Shown here piece by piece: positions 62,501 to 64,000 of a stretch of 64,000 bases of DNA. The notes below the pieces were generated by a model. It was not told the DNA's origin. It saw nothing but the letters and a program-made list of their open reading frames with translations, and did not search any database. Position 1 is the stretch's first letter. Each line of letters begins with the position of its first letter. This DNA is from Setoptus koraiensis (Eukaryota; Animalia; Arthropoda). The translations under genes were made by a program, and so were the position numbers. Location of the stretch: positions 9,920,001 through 9,984,000 of the forward strand of contig CM106586.1 of the NCBI GenBank assembly GCA_048013815.1, written 5' to 3'.

Positions 62501-64000
62501 CACTAATCTAAGCCCAGTCAATGACCCAATGTGGCCCGACATGGAATTGTCAACTGTGCCATTTAGAAAACTAAAGGCTTGCATGCACAGTTGTAGACAT
62601 GCAGTTGTAGACGGACTTTGGAAGGGGCCAAAAATGGCTCAATTGCACTGGCGTGGACTTGCGATCCGTCGGACATTCGATTAATGTCATTTGGAACGAT
62701 TTGCGCTCCAAGCGGCTGCACCGTAATCAGGCCTGGCATTCCAAGAGCAAACACTCGACATATAGCCCGTCGCGATGGATCATGATGGGCGCTGATGGCG
62801 GCGTCGGCCGTTGACGGCAGCGTCGACGTGGGTTGCGCCGGGCAAATGTCCATTTTCATTAGGGGAGCCAGCATAAATGGAAATTAATTCATTTCGCTGG
62901 TTGTTGATCACTTGAGTAGTGTGCGGAAATCACTCAAAAGTCAGACACTTGGCGGCAAGCGGCGCTGGCGCTACTGGGCTGAAAAATGGTAGCCAGTTCA
63001 GTTTTATGCTGGCAGTATAAGTATAAGAACATTAATGGCGGCACCAGCGAACGCGCTTGATGCGGACGGACAGTCAGCGGGACTGACCGGCCGACCGGAG
63101 CGCTGGCCGACCGACCGACTGACTGACGGGCGCACGGCTGACAAACCATTCAAACTGTTCGGAGGGACAGCGGCCAACACGAGACCGTTTCGTGCTGGCC
63201 CGTTCCGTGCTGTCGGCCGGCGGGGCCTCTTGTTGTCACGTGCCAGCGTGTCCGCGACATGGCCGGCTGTCCAATTGCTGGCCATCATCTCATCGGTGGC
63301 GGTGGTGAGTGCAAAGTCAAGTTTACCACACCGCATTCATGTTGCGTAACTCGTGACGACTTGCGACTGGCGACATAACTACCATTGGCGGTGTCAGCAT
63401 AAACACAAGAATTCTCTCTCGCTCTTTTATTCTGGGCCCCACACACATTGGCCGTTGGCGCACACTATGAGACACACACAAGCCTGGGCCTGGGCTGCCT
63501 TTGTCGGACAGCCTCAATTCGGACATGCCAGACAATTATTGCACGGAGCTCTATTGTTGTCACTGGCGCTGCGCTCGGTTATCATCATCATGGTTGGCAG
63601 TCGCGCCAGCCAGAGGAATCGCCGCCCAGAATGAACACCCGCGGGCGACAATTGTCAGCGCCCGAATGATGAACAGGCAAAAGTTTGAAAAGGGCCGATG
63701 CAAATGATTGAGTTGTACATCGAGGAACAAGCAATAGAGATAAAACACGATAACACGACAACAACAATATTAACCGCACACCAGCGCACCTAACATGACT
63801 TTACCAGAGACAGACAGAGGGAGAGAGAGTTGGTTTAGCTAACGCACCAGACCACTATTGGGGTGTCGAGTAAAAAGTTCAACGTTGATCGGCCCGCGAA
63901 TGAATCAAAATATACGCGCTGGTGATGAATAGTTTTAGGTGGGACGTGCACCAGTTTACACTTTTTATTCCCGTTATCATACCGTTAACTGTTTCGAATC

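Overview
Eukaryotic (arthropod) genomic DNA, not prokaryotic. The near-intronless genes and tight gene packing suggest an acariform mite, possibly eriophyoid-like; this is inference only. Seven genes can be supported. (1) A single-exon Tbx20/H15-midline T-box factor (+, 11183-13270). (2) A 60-aa two-exon SERF/MOAG-4 gene that the ORF track misses (-, 13900-13541). (3) An IP3 receptor of about 2802 aa with one coding intron (+, 16121-24731). (4) A secreted two-exon GH18 chitinase (+, 25125-26747). (5) A single-PDZ NHERF/EBP50/Sip1 scaffold split by a ~9 kb intron (+, 36341-46760). (6) An orphan PIP-box/SIM-motif protein (-, 48711-47623). (7) A three-exon KIF26/VAB-8-like kinesin whose P-loop and switch motifs are destroyed (-, 56580-49559). 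The stretches 1-11 kb and 27-46 kb are GC/CpG-rich non-coding DNA full of locus-specific tandem and inverted micro-duplications, which generate most of the spurious short ORFs. The most notable observations are the IP3R lacking its C-terminal coiled-coil tail and most of its luminal loop, an IP3R intron that stays open in frame when retained, an operon-like IP3R-chitinase spacer, and the nucleotide-dead pseudo-kinesin. No CRISPR array, rRNA, tRNA, snRNA or intact transposase was recognised. All homology calls come from remembered family motifs, not database searches.
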